Origin: an uncultured Bacteroidales bacterium
Lineage (GTDB): Bacteria; Bacteroidota; Bacteroidia; Bacteroidales; UBA3824
Assembly: GCA_946409405.1 (NCBI GenBank)
Contig: CAMJWL010000001.1
Coordinates: 310-64,309, forward strand
Direction of reading: 5' to 3'
Length of the DNA: 64,000 nt
Shown: one piece after another, positions 43,999 through 54,020 of the stretch
How positions within the stretch are numbered: position 1 is the stretch's first letter
How the letters are laid out: each line of letters opens with the position of its first letter
Position numbers and translations under genes: made by a program
The notes under the pieces: model-generated
Seen by the model: the letters and a program-made list of their open reading frames with translations, nothing else
The model's database searches: none
Told to the model about the DNA's origin: nothing

Positions 43999-44634
43999 TT
44001 ATCTACAAAAACCTTGCAATATTGTATCAACGTGCGTGCCGAGAGTGCGAAGTGCTGCGTCAATTTGCCATTTTTCTTGTTTTTTGGGGACGATATGGTT
44101 GGACGTGCAGCGGATTTCGGCGTATTCCACGTGCTGCATGGCGCATACGTAACTGTATGCCGCAGATTCCATGGTCTCCAGGTCGGCTGGAAATTTTTGG
44201 AGGAGGCTTGCAACGTGTTTTGGGTCGGTGCAGGTGCGCGAAACGGTGTTTGCGGTCGCCGTGGGCAAATCCAATGCGTTGGCAAATTCGCCTGACACAT
44301 TATATATATATTTGTCGTGGAACGGCGGCTTGTTGCTATCGAGGAACATAGAGCCTACGAGCGGTGAGAAATCGCCATTTTCGTCTTCAAATCCGATGTC
44401 GGCAAAGGTGGATTTTGCCACGCGAAAAGTTTGGCAGAGTGCGCGGTCTATGTTGTAATCGCCCGCAATGCCTGCTGCAAGCACGAGGTCGTATTTTTGT
44501 GTGGTGAGTGCATGGGTCAGGTTATAAACGGTTTGAAACACGCCTACGCCCGTTATAAGTCTGTAAGCGTTGGTGTTGGCTACGTATTTGAGTTCGTTGG
44601 CGCTTGCTGCGCACAATAAGATATTATGTTTCAT
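43999..44634 (-). CDS. PNP/UDP-1 family nucleosidase, futalosine-hydrolase (MqnB)-like
   Basis: 211 aa: ILLCAASANE...LVLAAGIAGDY...ETMESAA, the pattern of the MTA/SAH-nucleosidase superfamily. The subfamily is uncertain. Confidence 0.55.
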   Translation of the reverse strand: MKHNILLCAASANELKYVANTNAYRLITGVGVFQTVYNLTHALTTQKYDLVLAAGIAGDYNIDRALCQTFRVAKSTFADIGFEDENGDFSPLVGSMFLDSNKPPFHDKYIYNVSGEFANALDLPTATANTVSRTCTDPKHVASLLQKFPADLETMESAAYSYVCAMQHVEYAEIRCTSNHIVPKKQEKWQIDAALRTLGTHVDTILQGFCR

Positions 44635-44701
44635 TTTTATTGGATTATTTGAAAAAATAACTGTAATTTTGCAGACACAAATTTATGAAAATTTTTTTTA
44701 A

Positions 44702-45343
44702 ATGATAGATTTTATAGAAAATGGCATCAAGCCAGACACAGACACACGGTATTATAAGGTAGAGAGATACAATGAGGAAGCCACGGCGGGCATTCAGACG
44801 GCTATTGGCAGCATTTTGCAGCATCTCGGCGAAGACACTTCCCGCGACGGCATCGTACAGACGCCGATGAGGGTAGCAAAGGCGTTGCAATTCTGCACAC
44901 AAGGCTATCAGACCGACCCGAAGAAGATGTTGGAGGGCGCGTTGTTTCACGAAAACTATTCGCAGATGGTGCTTGTAAAGGACATCGAACTTTACTCCCT
45001 CTGCGAACACCACCTCTTGCCCTTCTTCGGCAAGGCGCACGTGGCGTACATCCCCAACGGCATTATAACGGGGCTTAGCAAAGTGGCCCGCGTGGTGGAT
45101 GCCTACGCTCGCCGTCTCCAAGTGCAGGAACGTCTCACCATGCAGATACGCGACTGCATCCAGGACACCTTGCATCCGCTTGGTGTGGCTGTGGTAATCG
45201 AGGCTCACCACCTCTGCATGATGATGCGCGGTGTGCAAAAACAAAATTCTGTAACCACTACGTCCGCATTTTCGGGTATTTTTCTCCAAAGCAAGGCAAC
45301 GAGGGAGGAGTTTTTGAGTTTGATACAGAGGTCGCTGAGGTAA
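44702..45343 (+). CDS. folE: GTP cyclohydrolase I
   Basis: [40 protein letters not shown], and RLQVQERLT. Confidence 0.95.
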   Translation: MIDFIENGIKPDTDTRYYKVERYNEEATAGIQTAIGSILQHLGEDTSRDGIVQTPMRVAKALQFCTQGYQTDPKKMLEGALFHENYSQMVLVKDIELYSLCEHHLLPFFGKAHVAYIPNGIITGLSKVARVVDAYARRLQVQERLTMQIRDCIQDTLHPLGVAVVIEAHHLCMMMRGVQKQNSVTTTSAFSGIFLQSKATREEFLSLIQRSLR

Positions 45344-45435
45344 TCTTGTCCGCTAAATTTTTTTGCAATTTTCGGGGAAAGGTGTTATATTTGCCGTGCA
45401 TTAAAAACAGCAAAACACACTTATAGATAATTATT

Positions 45436-46032
45436 ATGAAAAGACTTACTATCCTCGCCGCCGTCCTCCTCTCGCTTGCGGGCTGCGGCACAGAATCCAG
45501 CGTGGGCGACATGGAGATGAACAAGTTTCTGAGCGACCTTTCGCAGGCGTATTTGACGGACTTCAATGGTCCCAACCCCGACGACATTACCAAGATTGAT
45601 TTTGCCGTCAAAAGACTTGCGATAGACAGCCCCGACGCTTTCACTCAGGACGGCAAATTTTTGGTTGTGGACGCCGACAAGGTGCATGCCGCCGCCGACA
45701 AGTATTTCGCTTATCCTATTGTAAGGGACGACAATACCAGCGAAATAGACTTCATAGACGGCAAATATTCGTTCCGCAAGGGCAACGACAATGAGTATGT
45801 GTTTTCCCAGGTGGAAAAAATCCTTGGTTCCAAGGGCGACACCATCATGGTAAGTGCGCAGACGTATTCGTGCAAGCCGGGTTGGAAAGGCGACATCAAT
45901 GCTTCGCCCAGTGCATGGGAGGCAACTGACCCCGGCAACATCCCCGTCAAAGGCAAGGTGATGCGCACCGTGCTTGTTAAAAAGGCGGACGGATACCGCG
46001 TGTTGTCTTACATCCCCGCCCAAAACAATTAA
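45436..46032 (+). CDS. lipoprotein, function unknown
   Basis: Lipobox LSLAGCGTES. This call is preferred over the antisense 200-aa ORF. Confidence 0.7.
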   Translation: MKRLTILAAVLLSLAGCGTESSVGDMEMNKFLSDLSQAYLTDFNGPNPDDITKIDFAVKRLAIDSPDAFTQDGKFLVVDADKVHAAADKYFAYPIVRDDNTSEIDFIDGKYSFRKGNDNEYVFSQVEKILGSKGDTIMVSAQTYSCKPGWKGDINASPSAWEATDPGNIPVKGKVMRTVLVKKADGYRVLSYIPAQNN

Positions 46033-46793
46033 AACTCCACCGTAAGACCGTCGTATGCCAGGTGGACGTGGGGCGGAAGTTCGCGCTGAGTCTCTTGGTG
46101 CGCCATGTTGTGGCTGATGTGCGTGATGTACGCCTCGCGTGGCTTGATGCGGTCTATCATCAGGAGGGCTTGCGGCAGGGTGAAGTGTGCGGGATGAGGA
46201 GGTTCTTTGCGCAGGGCGTTGATTACAAGATATTCTGTGCCTTCGATTGCGGCAAGTGTTTCGTCTGCAATGCTCCCCGCGTCTGTTATGTACGTAAACC
46301 TGCCTATTCTGTAAGCAGTAACCACCATCTGCGCGTGCATTACGGGCAGGGGCAGTATCTCCACGCCCGCTGCCATGAACGGTTGGAAGTCTTGGATTTC
46401 ATGCAGTTCGATGTCGGGGACGCCGGGGTATTTTGGCTCGGCAAAACAGTAAGCGAAGTCGCGCCTTATCGTGCCGCTTGTGAAGTGGGAGGCATATACG
46501 GGGATGTCCTGTTGCTGTATGTAGCAGAAAGGCCTTATGTCGTCCAGCCCCGCCAGGTGGTCGCGGTGGGGATGCGTGATGAGTATCGCGTCGATGTGTC
46601 GCACGTTGTTGGCGAGGCATTGCTGTCGGAAGTCGGGACCGGTGTCTATTACAATGGTGCGTCCCTCCGTCTCAATAAGCACGGAACTCCTGAGCCGCTT
46701 GTCGTGCGGGTCGGCGGACGTGCAGACTGGGCAGTCGCAACTGATAATCGGCACTCCCAAAGACGTGCCTGTGCCTAAGAATTTGACTTTCAC
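46029..46793 (-). CDS. MBL-fold metallo-hydrolase (PhnP/GPDQ-like)
   Basis: GTGTSLGVP, the metal motif THPHRDHLAGL, and an N-terminal CDCPVC Zn knuckle. Confidence 0.85.
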   Translation of the reverse strand: MKVKFLGTGTSLGVPIISCDCPVCTSADPHDKRLRSSVLIETEGRTIVIDTGPDFRQQCLANNVRHIDAILITHPHRDHLAGLDDIRPFCYIQQQDIPVYASHFTSGTIRRDFAYCFAEPKYPGVPDIELHEIQDFQPFMAAGVEILPLPVMHAQMVVTAYRIGRFTYITDAGSIADETLAAIEGTEYLVINALRKEPPHPAHFTLPQALLMIDRIKPREAYITHISHNMAHQETQRELPPHVHLAYDGLTVEF

Positions 46794-46884
46794 GGTGTAT
46801 TTTGTGTCTGTTGTTGAATTTAAAACACAAAAATACTAAAAATATTGAAATTTGGATTGTTATTTGTTTATAAATAATAAAAAA

Positions 46885-47373
46885 ATGGCGACATTAGACG
46901 AAATTCAGAAATCCTTGGAAGACAACAGGGACAAAGTCCATAAGAAAGACTATGCCTTTTTCCGCGTCGATTATATTGCCACGCTTGCCAAGGCGAGTGT
47001 CCGCGAGGGGTGCGACTGCCGCGAGTGCTGCGCCAACACCGAAAAACTCGCGCTTTTTGCCGCCACCTACGCCGATTTGATTAATTCGGGCGAGGCGGGC
47101 AAAAGACAGTTGGAGGATTGTCTGGACGAGGTTACCAATCATCTTGTCAAGCAACATGGGTATGCGCGGACGGGATGGTATAAGGCGATGTATTCGTTTA
47201 TAGGCTTTGGCGCGGGGCTGGTGCTGGCTTTTATGGCGGTGCTGCTGTTGCGTCAAGGGGTGGAAAACATCAAGTCGGTGTTTCTCGTGGTGCTGTTTTT
47301 GGGCATAGCGGCGGGGTACATCGTGGGAGTGCGCAAGGATGCCAATTACAGACGAAATCATAAAAATTTGTAA
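46885..47373 (+). CDS. hypothetical membrane protein with a Cys cluster
   Basis: The start at ATG 46885 gives MATLDEIQ. It has a CDCRECC cluster and two C-terminal TM helices. Confidence 0.55.
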   Translation: MATLDEIQKSLEDNRDKVHKKDYAFFRVDYIATLAKASVREGCDCRECCANTEKLALFAATYADLINSGEAGKRQLEDCLDEVTNHLVKQHGYARTGWYKAMYSFIGFGAGLVLAFMAVLLLRQGVENIKSVFLVVLFLGIAAGYIVGVRKDANYRRNHKNL

Positions 47374-47455
47374 AATGGAGCGTAAACCGTTTGCTGTCCC
47401 CATTTTTTTAGTAAATTTGCAAAATATTTAAACATAAAAATCAGTAGTAACAATT

Positions 47456-49237
47456 ATGAGGAAAAAAACTGTTAATTATTTGGCCCTTATGTTAGCCACG
47501 GCGTTCCTTGCCTCTGGCTGCAACGGCCTTAAAAAGATGGCGCAAAACGCTGACCTTATCCAGAGGAACGTTACGCCAAGCCCGTTGGAGATGCACGCCG
47601 GTAGAGTGCCCGTGTCTATCACCGTTACCTTCCCGCCCAAGTACTTCGACAAGAAGGCGTACTTGGTATGCACGCCTACGCTCAAGTCTATCGACGGCAA
47701 CGAAATCAGGATGAAGAACGCTACGCTCCAAGGTTCGGCGGTAAAGGACAACAACACCACCATCGACTACAAGAAAGGCGGTACCTATACATATAGGGAC
47801 ACTATTGATTACTCGGATCCTTACAGAAGGTCCGACCTCGTGCTCAATATGAAGGGTACCAGAGGTGGCAAATCAGAGACCGTTGCCGACGTGAAGATTG
47901 GCGACGGTGTCAATGTAACCCCGCTGCTCGTGCAGGAGGGTGTGCGCGTGGACAATGAGGCAGAAGATGCTGCAGCAAAGAATGCCGCTGGCAACGCTGG
48001 CATGACCATCGACGTCAAGATACAGAAGCCCAAGAGCAGCCTCACCACCAAAAATCTTACCATGTACTACCCCTTGCAGCAGTCGTCCCTCGACCGCAAG
48101 GAGCAGAAGAAGGGCGAGGTTGCCGACTTCGTTAACCTCATAAAGGCCGCTGCCGATGATGCCAACACCACCATCAAATCCATCGAGGTGGCTTCATACG
48201 CATCGCCTGACGGTCCCGAAGACATGAACCGCAAACTCGTGGACCAGCGCGGCAAGACCGGCGAAAACTTCACCAAGGAAAAACTCAAGAAGGTGGAAGG
48301 CACAGGCAACGTAATCTCCCGCCAGACCACTCAGGCTGAGGACTGGGAAGGCTTCAAGAAGATGATGGAATCGTCCAATCTCCGCGATAAGGATCTGATT
48401 CTCCGTGTGCTTTCGATGTACTCCGACCCCAACACCCGCGAGCGCGAAATCAAGAACATCGCCGCTGCATATACTTCGCTCAAATCCAACGTGCTGCCCA
48501 AACTCCGCCGTTCGGAAATCAACGCTGTATTGCAGACCAAGGAAAAGACCGACTCCGAACTTGCATCGCTTGCTAAGAGCAGTTTTGACGAACTCACTCA
48601 GGATGAGGCTCTCTACGCTTCTACAATGTCTTCCATCGACAGCAAGGAGAAGATTGCCATCCTCAAAAAATACACTTCAAAGTACCCGCAGGACTGGCGC
48701 GGATTCAACAACCTCGGCACCGCTCTCATCCGCGACAACCAACTTGCAGAGGCTTCCAGCCAGCTCAACAAGGCTAAGTCTATCGACGGCAACCAGGCTA
48801 TTGTCTATAACAACCTCGGTGTAATCGACCTCTCCAACAAGGACTTCGTGAAGGCTAAGGAAAACTTCACCAAGGCTAAGAACATCGGATGCGACGAGGC
48901 TGGCTACAACCTTGGCATTATGAACATCCGCGACGGCGAATACGACAAGGCTGTTGCCAACTTCGGCAGGAAGCCCACCTTCAATAAGGCTCTCGCTCAG
49001 GTGCTCGCCAAGAACGTAAGCGACGCTTCCAGCACAATCAACCAGGTGAACAGCCAGGACGCATACGTCGATTACTTGAAGGCCATCATTTCTGCCAAGA
49101 ACAACAACGAGGACGGCGTGATGAAGAGCCTCAGAGAGGCTTGCAAGAAGAATCCTTCTCTGAAGAGCTATGCTGCGCTTGACGTAGAGTTTATCCGCTA
49201 CTTCGGTCAGCCCAACTTCAAGTCGATTGTCGATTAG
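47456..49237 (+). CDS. TPR-repeat lipoprotein
   Basis: Lipobox FLASGCNG. The C-terminal ~200 aa are TPR-like (NNLGTALIRDNQLAEA, YNNLGVIDLSNKDFVKAKENFTKA). Confidence 0.7.
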   Translation: MRKKTVNYLALMLATAFLASGCNGLKKMAQNADLIQRNVTPSPLEMHAGRVPVSITVTFPPKYFDKKAYLVCTPTLKSIDGNEIRMKNATLQGSAVKDNNTTIDYKKGGTYTYRDTIDYSDPYRRSDLVLNMKGTRGGKSETVADVKIGDGVNVTPLLVQEGVRVDNEAEDAAAKNAAGNAGMTIDVKIQKPKSSLTTKNLTMYYPLQQSSLDRKEQKKGEVADFVNLIKAAADDANTTIKSIEVASYASPDGPEDMNRKLVDQRGKTGENFTKEKLKKVEGTGNVISRQTTQAEDWEGFKKMMESSNLRDKDLILRVLSMYSDPNTREREIKNIAAAYTSLKSNVLPKLRRSEINAVLQTKEKTDSELASLAKSSFDELTQDEALYASTMSSIDSKEKIAILKKYTSKYPQDWRGFNNLGTALIRDNQLAEASSQLNKAKSIDGNQAIVYNNLGVIDLSNKDFVKAKENFTKAKNIGCDEAGYNLGIMNIRDGEYDKAVANFGRKPTFNKALAQVLAKNVSDASSTINQVNSQDAYVDYLKAIISAKNNNEDGVMKSLREACKKNPSLKSYAALDVEFIRYFGQPNFKSIVD

Positions 49238-49396
49238 GAATTGGTGTAGATTTATTGATTTATAATACGTGTGCCGCGATGGACTTTAAGTTCGTCGCGG
49301 CTTTTTTTTGTTTGTTTGGAATTTTATCTTTACATTTGCGGTGCAAAAGTTGGAGTGCAGGCGGTTCGTCTGCCGTCATCATTAAACATTAATATT

Positions 49397-49876
49397 ATGA
49401 AACCAACACTAACCATCATTCTACTTGCCCTTGTGTCGTTCGTAATATCGTGCGACCCCGGCAGGATATATCAGGAGCGCAAGAGTCTTTCGCCCGAAAT
49501 GACGTGGGACAAGGATACATTGTTGACCTACAAGGTTGACGTGCAGGATATTCAGACTGCATACGACATAGAGATAGACATCCGCACGGTAGATTTTTAT
49601 CAGTTTTCCAATCTGTGGCTGTATATCAACACCATATCGCCTACGGGGGTGATGCAGAAGGACACTGTGGAGTTCAGGTTGAGAGACGACAAAGGATTCT
49701 CCAACGGACACCGTATGGCGTTTGGCGAGGTGGAGGACTACGATTTCTATTTCAAGCGTAATGTCAAATTCCCCGCCCCAGGCACATACACCTTCCAACT
49801 CCAGCACGGAATGAGGATGGAGATACTGCCTTTTGTAGATGAGGTGGGTGTTACGGTGAGGAAGCATGAAGAGTAA
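49397..49876 (+). CDS. gldH: GldH-like gliding-motility/T9SS-associated lipoprotein
   Basis: Start at ATG 49397. Lipobox VISCD, then W-KD...Y.I.IDIRT..FYQFSNLWLY...SPTG...GTYTFQLQHGMR, which is collinear with Flavobacterium GldH as I remember it. Confidence 0.65.
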   Translation: MKPTLTIILLALVSFVISCDPGRIYQERKSLSPEMTWDKDTLLTYKVDVQDIQTAYDIEIDIRTVDFYQFSNLWLYINTISPTGVMQKDTVEFRLRDDKGFSNGHRMAFGEVEDYDFYFKRNVKFPAPGTYTFQLQHGMRMEILPFVDEVGVTVRKHEE

Positions 49877-49921
49877 AGATTAAAGAGGGGAGAGTAAAGA
49901 TTAAAGTATAAAGAATAAAGT

Positions 49922-50623
49922 ATGGCAAAAAATAAGTTAGAAAAATTTGCAGAGATGGCGAACTTCGCCAATGTCGTGCAGCCCGCCGAACTGATGGTGC
50001 AGAATTTTGAGTACAAGGGCAAGTGGAGCGCGGATTTTTTCCACAACGACCATCCCATCACCCTCGAACTCGGTTGCGGCAAGGGCGAATATACTGTCGC
50101 ACTCAGCAAGGTGTATCCGTCGGTTAATTTTATAGGAGTTGACATCAAGGGTGCGCGTATCTGGAAGGGAGCAAAACAGGCGTTGGAGGAAAAAATCGCA
50201 AATGCCGGATTCCTGCGCACGAGGATTGATATGATAGACAATTTTTTTGGCGCGGAGGAAGTGTCGGAGATTTGGATTACCTTCGCCGACCCGCAGCCCA
50301 AGAAGCAAAACAAGCGTCTTACGTCGGCGTATTTCCTCAATCTTTACCGTCGATTCTTGAAGCCGGGCGCAATCGTCAACCTCAAAACCGACAGCCGCCT
50401 TCTGCATTTCTATACATTGGAACTCCTGAAAGCCAATAATATAGAACCCATAATGCACACCGACGACCTGTATGGTTCGCCGCTGCCTGACGTTAATTTG
50501 GGCATCAAGACGTTTTACGAAAATATGTTTCTCCAAGAAGGGAAACGCATCACATACTTGAAATTCAGTATGGACATCAGCAAGGAGATTGTTGAGATTC
50601 CGAAGTTTGAATTTGAAGAGTAA
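49922..50623 (+). CDS. trmB: tRNA (guanine46-N7)-methyltransferase
   Basis: SAM motif LELGCGKGEYTVAL, NFIGVDIKGARIW, and ITFADPQPKK. Confidence 0.9.
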   Translation: MAKNKLEKFAEMANFANVVQPAELMVQNFEYKGKWSADFFHNDHPITLELGCGKGEYTVALSKVYPSVNFIGVDIKGARIWKGAKQALEEKIANAGFLRTRIDMIDNFFGAEEVSEIWITFADPQPKKQNKRLTSAYFLNLYRRFLKPGAIVNLKTDSRLLHFYTLELLKANNIEPIMHTDDLYGSPLPDVNLGIKTFYENMFLQEGKRITYLKFSMDISKEIVEIPKFEFEE

Positions 50624-51790
50624 ATGGAAAAAGACAAGGAAAAACAAGAAAATACAAAAGAAAAATTATCATTTTGGCAGCGTGTGTTGAGGTTTTTCGG
50701 CAAGATTAACGTCGCTCTCACTGTCTGCCTGATAGTTGCTACGGTGTTGTGTTACAGCGCGGCGTATGTCAATCCCGACAAATTCCCTCTTTCGGGGCTT
50801 GCGGGTATGGCATTTCCTTTCGTGCTTGTAATCGACGTGCTGTATATGTTGCTCCTGGCCTTCTTGAAAAAATATTCCACATTCATAATGCTTGCCGTCA
50901 TTGGGGCTGGCTACAAGTTTATCGACCGCACCGTTCAATTAAATCCGCTGCATTATGTGGATGATTTTGACGACAACGATTCGTCGTTTTCGTTGATGAG
51001 TTTCAATGTGCGCTTGCTCGACCGTTACAATTGGATTAAGAGCAAGAACGACACCAAGACCAAGATTTTTGAGTTTCTGAAATACGAAAATCCCGATGTG
51101 ATTTGTTTTCAGGAGTTTTATAACAACAGCAAGGATTCCATCACCAACGAACATATAATCAGCGAATTGTTGCAAGCGGGATACATCGCCCGCGATTACA
51201 ATCCCGCCGACATTCAGCACAACACCAACAAGGGCTACCGTATTTTTTCAAAATATCCGCTCTCCTGCACCACGCCCATCTACGACCACACCGACAATAT
51301 CATCGGCATCTATACCGACGTGGAGTTTAAGGGCAACAAGGCGCGGATTTTCAATATTCACCTGCGCTCCATCAAACTCGGCTACGACGATTACGACTTC
51401 ATCGACCAAATCGACAAGAAAAACAATTCTGAGCAAGTGTCGGGCGTTAGAAACATCTACAACAAACTCACCAAGGCGTATTCTATGCGCGTCCAACAGG
51501 CGGAGTTGATAAGGCGGTTGATGGAAAATTCGCCCTTCCCGGTGATTCTGTGCGGCGATTTCAACGAGCCGCCGGTTTCGTATTGTTACCGCGAAATCAT
51601 CGGCAACGACCTCTGCGACGCATTTTGCGAAAGCGGCACGGGGTGGGGTGGTACGGTGCGCCTGAGTTTTATGCGGTTTCGCATCGACTACATCATCCAT
51701 TCACCCGCATTGGAGAGCCGCGCCTTCGATACTCACCACGAAAACCTCTCCGACCATTTCGCCATAAGTTGCAAATTCAAATTCCGTTGA
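50624..51790 (+). CDS. endonuclease/exonuclease/phosphatase (EEP) family membrane protein
   Basis: N-terminal TM helices. EEP motifs: SFNVRLLD, DVICFQEF, CGDFNEPP, SDHFAI. Confidence 0.85.
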   Translation: MEKDKEKQENTKEKLSFWQRVLRFFGKINVALTVCLIVATVLCYSAAYVNPDKFPLSGLAGMAFPFVLVIDVLYMLLLAFLKKYSTFIMLAVIGAGYKFIDRTVQLNPLHYVDDFDDNDSSFSLMSFNVRLLDRYNWIKSKNDTKTKIFEFLKYENPDVICFQEFYNNSKDSITNEHIISELLQAGYIARDYNPADIQHNTNKGYRIFSKYPLSCTTPIYDHTDNIIGIYTDVEFKGNKARIFNIHLRSIKLGYDDYDFIDQIDKKNNSEQVSGVRNIYNKLTKAYSMRVQQAELIRRLMENSPFPVILCGDFNEPPVSYCYREIIGNDLCDAFCESGTGWGGTVRLSFMRFRIDYIIHSPALESRAFDTHHENLSDHFAISCKFKFR

Positions 51791-51792
51791 TT

Positions 51793-52917
51793 ATGTTCAT
51801 CGCTACAATCATAATACTCATAATAACAGCCATTTACGTATATTTGGTGACGAAGTGTTGCATCGTTTTTCATAATTATGACGACAACGCCACCACTGCG
51901 CCCACTACTCTTGCGCCCACTCCCTCCGTGCCCTCCGTGTCCTCCGTGAGAGCCACCGACATCATCGTATCCGCCAAAAACGAATCCGCCAACATCTCCA
52001 AATTCCTCGACAGCATCAAATCTCAGACCCTCCCCGGCGCACACCTTATATTAATAGACGACCATTCCATCGACAATACCTACGACCTTGCCGCCGCACG
52101 TCAGGACGTTGACATCACCCTCTTGAAAAACACGGGCAAGGGCAAGAAACAGGCACTCGATTTTGGAATTTCTCACAGCAATGCTGATTATATTTTATCG
52201 ACGGATGCCGATTGTTTTCCGCAGCCGCGATGGGCAGAGACCCTCGTAAGTGCCGCCCAAAATGTGGATGCCGATATGATAATGGCTCCCGTAATCATCG
52301 AAGCCCCCGACAAAACCAAAATGTTTCAACGCCTGTGGCAAGCGGAATCTTTTGCGCTAATCACCATTACGGCAGGTACTTGCATTGCTGGTCGTCCCGT
52401 AATGTGCAACGGCGGCAATATTGGTTACCGTTCCACCTTCATCAAAAAATCAATCGGCGACATCAATGGCAAATACGCCTCGGGCGACGATATGTTTATG
52501 ATGGAATCGGCGGGAAGGCAGCACAAGCGTTTTGTCTATGCCAAAAATCCCGATGCCGTCATCCGCACCGATGGCGTTGAAAATATCCATCAACTACTCA
52601 ATCAGCGTGCGCGTTGGGTGAGCAAGACCGGCGGATACACCGATTATTATATATTGTTTTTTGCGTTTGCCATTCTCCTCGGCAACTTGGCAGCCATAGC
52701 CGCGCCGATATTGTGGGCTTGTGGCGGTGCGTGGTGGATGGCGTTGTCGGTATTGTTATCAAAATTTGCCGTCGATTTTGCGTCGGTAAGAGTTTCGTCT
52801 GAGTATTATAATGAGCATCAACGGATTATGGATGTAGTAGTCCTCGGCATAGTGTATCCGTATTACGTAGTGGCGGCCATATTCACGTTTTTGGGTAGAG
52901 GATTCAAGTGGAAATAG
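51793..52917 (+). CDS. family-2 glycosyltransferase with C-terminal TM helices
   Basis: Start at ATG 51793. IIVSAKNES, LILIDDHSIDNT, the DAD motif in STDADC, and QRARW. Confidence 0.85.
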   Translation: MFIATIIILIITAIYVYLVTKCCIVFHNYDDNATTAPTTLAPTPSVPSVSSVRATDIIVSAKNESANISKFLDSIKSQTLPGAHLILIDDHSIDNTYDLAAARQDVDITLLKNTGKGKKQALDFGISHSNADYILSTDADCFPQPRWAETLVSAAQNVDADMIMAPVIIEAPDKTKMFQRLWQAESFALITITAGTCIAGRPVMCNGGNIGYRSTFIKKSIGDINGKYASGDDMFMMESAGRQHKRFVYAKNPDAVIRTDGVENIHQLLNQRARWVSKTGGYTDYYILFFAFAILLGNLAAIAAPILWACGGAWWMALSVLLSKFAVDFASVRVSSEYYNEHQRIMDVVVLGIVYPYYVVAAIFTFLGRGFKWK

Positions 52918-53057
52918 ACTTAACAATATCGTTGCAAAAAAATATTTCAAAAAAAATTTGCAGTATAAAAAATAATGTGTAATTTTGCACACCCGATTAT
53001 TATCAACAGTTAGGTACAGTTTTTATTGAACAAAACAACGATTTAATTTACAAAAAA

Positions 53058-53519
53058 GTGGATTCAATTAGTTACAAGACGGTCTCCCTCAACAAGGCGA
53101 CCGTTAAGAAGGAATGGCTGCTCGTTGACGCGGCAGACCAAACCCTTGGACGCTTTGCATCCAAGGTAGCCATGCTTTTGAGAGGCAAGTACAAGGCCTC
53201 TTTCACTCCGCACGTTGACTGTGGCGACAATGTAATCGTCATCAACGCCGAGAAGATCCGTCTCACTGGCAACAAGATGGCACAGAAGGAGTACGTACAC
53301 TACTCAGGCTATCCGGGCGGTCAGAAGATTGAGATTGCCAAGGATTTCTTCAAGAAAGCCAACGGCCCCGAGAGGATGATTGAGAAGGCTATTCGCGGCA
53401 TGCTCCCCAAGAACAAACTTGGCGACGCCATCATGCGCAACCTCAAGGTTTATCAGGGCGACAAGCATGAGCACGAGGCTCAGCAGCCCAAACTTATTAA
53501 TTTAAATGACCTCAGATAA
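53058..53519 (+). CDS. rplM: 50S ribosomal protein L13
   Basis: GTG start. WLLVDAADQTLGRFASKVAMLLRGKYK...HVDCGDNVIVINAEK. Confidence 0.97.
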   Translation: MDSISYKTVSLNKATVKKEWLLVDAADQTLGRFASKVAMLLRGKYKASFTPHVDCGDNVIVINAEKIRLTGNKMAQKEYVHYSGYPGGQKIEIAKDFFKKANGPERMIEKAIRGMLPKNKLGDAIMRNLKVYQGDKHEHEAQQPKLINLNDLR

Positions 53520-53521
53520 TC

Positions 53522-53911
53522 ATGGCAGAAGTTATTAACAAAGTAGGCAGAAGAAAAGAAGCCGTAGCCCGCGTGTATTTGTCGGCTGGCACCGGCGTGA
53601 TTAAGGTTAACGGCAAGGAAGTCAACGAGTACTTCACCGTTCCGCAGTTCCAGAAAGTCGTATTGCAGTCGCTTGAGGCTCTCAACGCCCTCAACACCTA
53701 CGACATCAAGGTGAACGTATGCGGCGGCGGATTCAAGGGACAGGCAGAGGCCATCCGCATGGGCATCGCAAGGGCTCTCGTGGAAGTGAACCCCGAAGAC
53801 CGCGTAACCCTCAAGAAGGAAGGCTTCTTGAAACGCGACGCCCGCGTTGTCGAGAGGAAGAAACCGGGTCGTCCCGGCGCACGCAAACGCTTCCAGTTCA
53901 GCAAGCGTTAA
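53522..53911 (+). CDS. rpsI: 30S ribosomal protein S9
   Basis: GRRKEAVARVYL...GGGFKGQAEAIRMGIARAL...ERKKPGRPGARKRFQFSKR. Confidence 0.97.
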   Translation: MAEVINKVGRRKEAVARVYLSAGTGVIKVNGKEVNEYFTVPQFQKVVLQSLEALNALNTYDIKVNVCGGGFKGQAEAIRMGIARALVEVNPEDRVTLKKEGFLKRDARVVERKKPGRPGARKRFQFSKR

Positions 53912-54020
53912 TTTCAGTTTAGTATCCAAATCGTCGAGACCGATGGCGCATGTGATTTGTCCTGTTGCTACCCGGCGATTGAATTAAGTAGAATGTAAAC
54001 AAACAAAACAACAAAAAGAA

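Noticed and set aside
44645-45289. 214-aa minus-strand ORF
   Set aside because: It is antisense to folE.
45421-46778. 200-aa minus-strand and 238-aa plus-strand ORFs
   Set aside because: They are shadows of the lipoprotein gene (lipobox on plus) and of the MBL hydrolase (HPHRDH on minus), respectively.
49937-50647. 236-aa minus-strand ORF
   Set aside because: It is antisense to trmB (SAM-binding motif on plus).
53912-54020. rpsI-rpsB spacer as a possible tRNA or ribosomal-protein leader
   Set aside because: There is no tRNA-like T-arm (GTTCGAATC-type) or cloverleaf. I could not define a convincing conserved structure by eye, so it is left unannotated.
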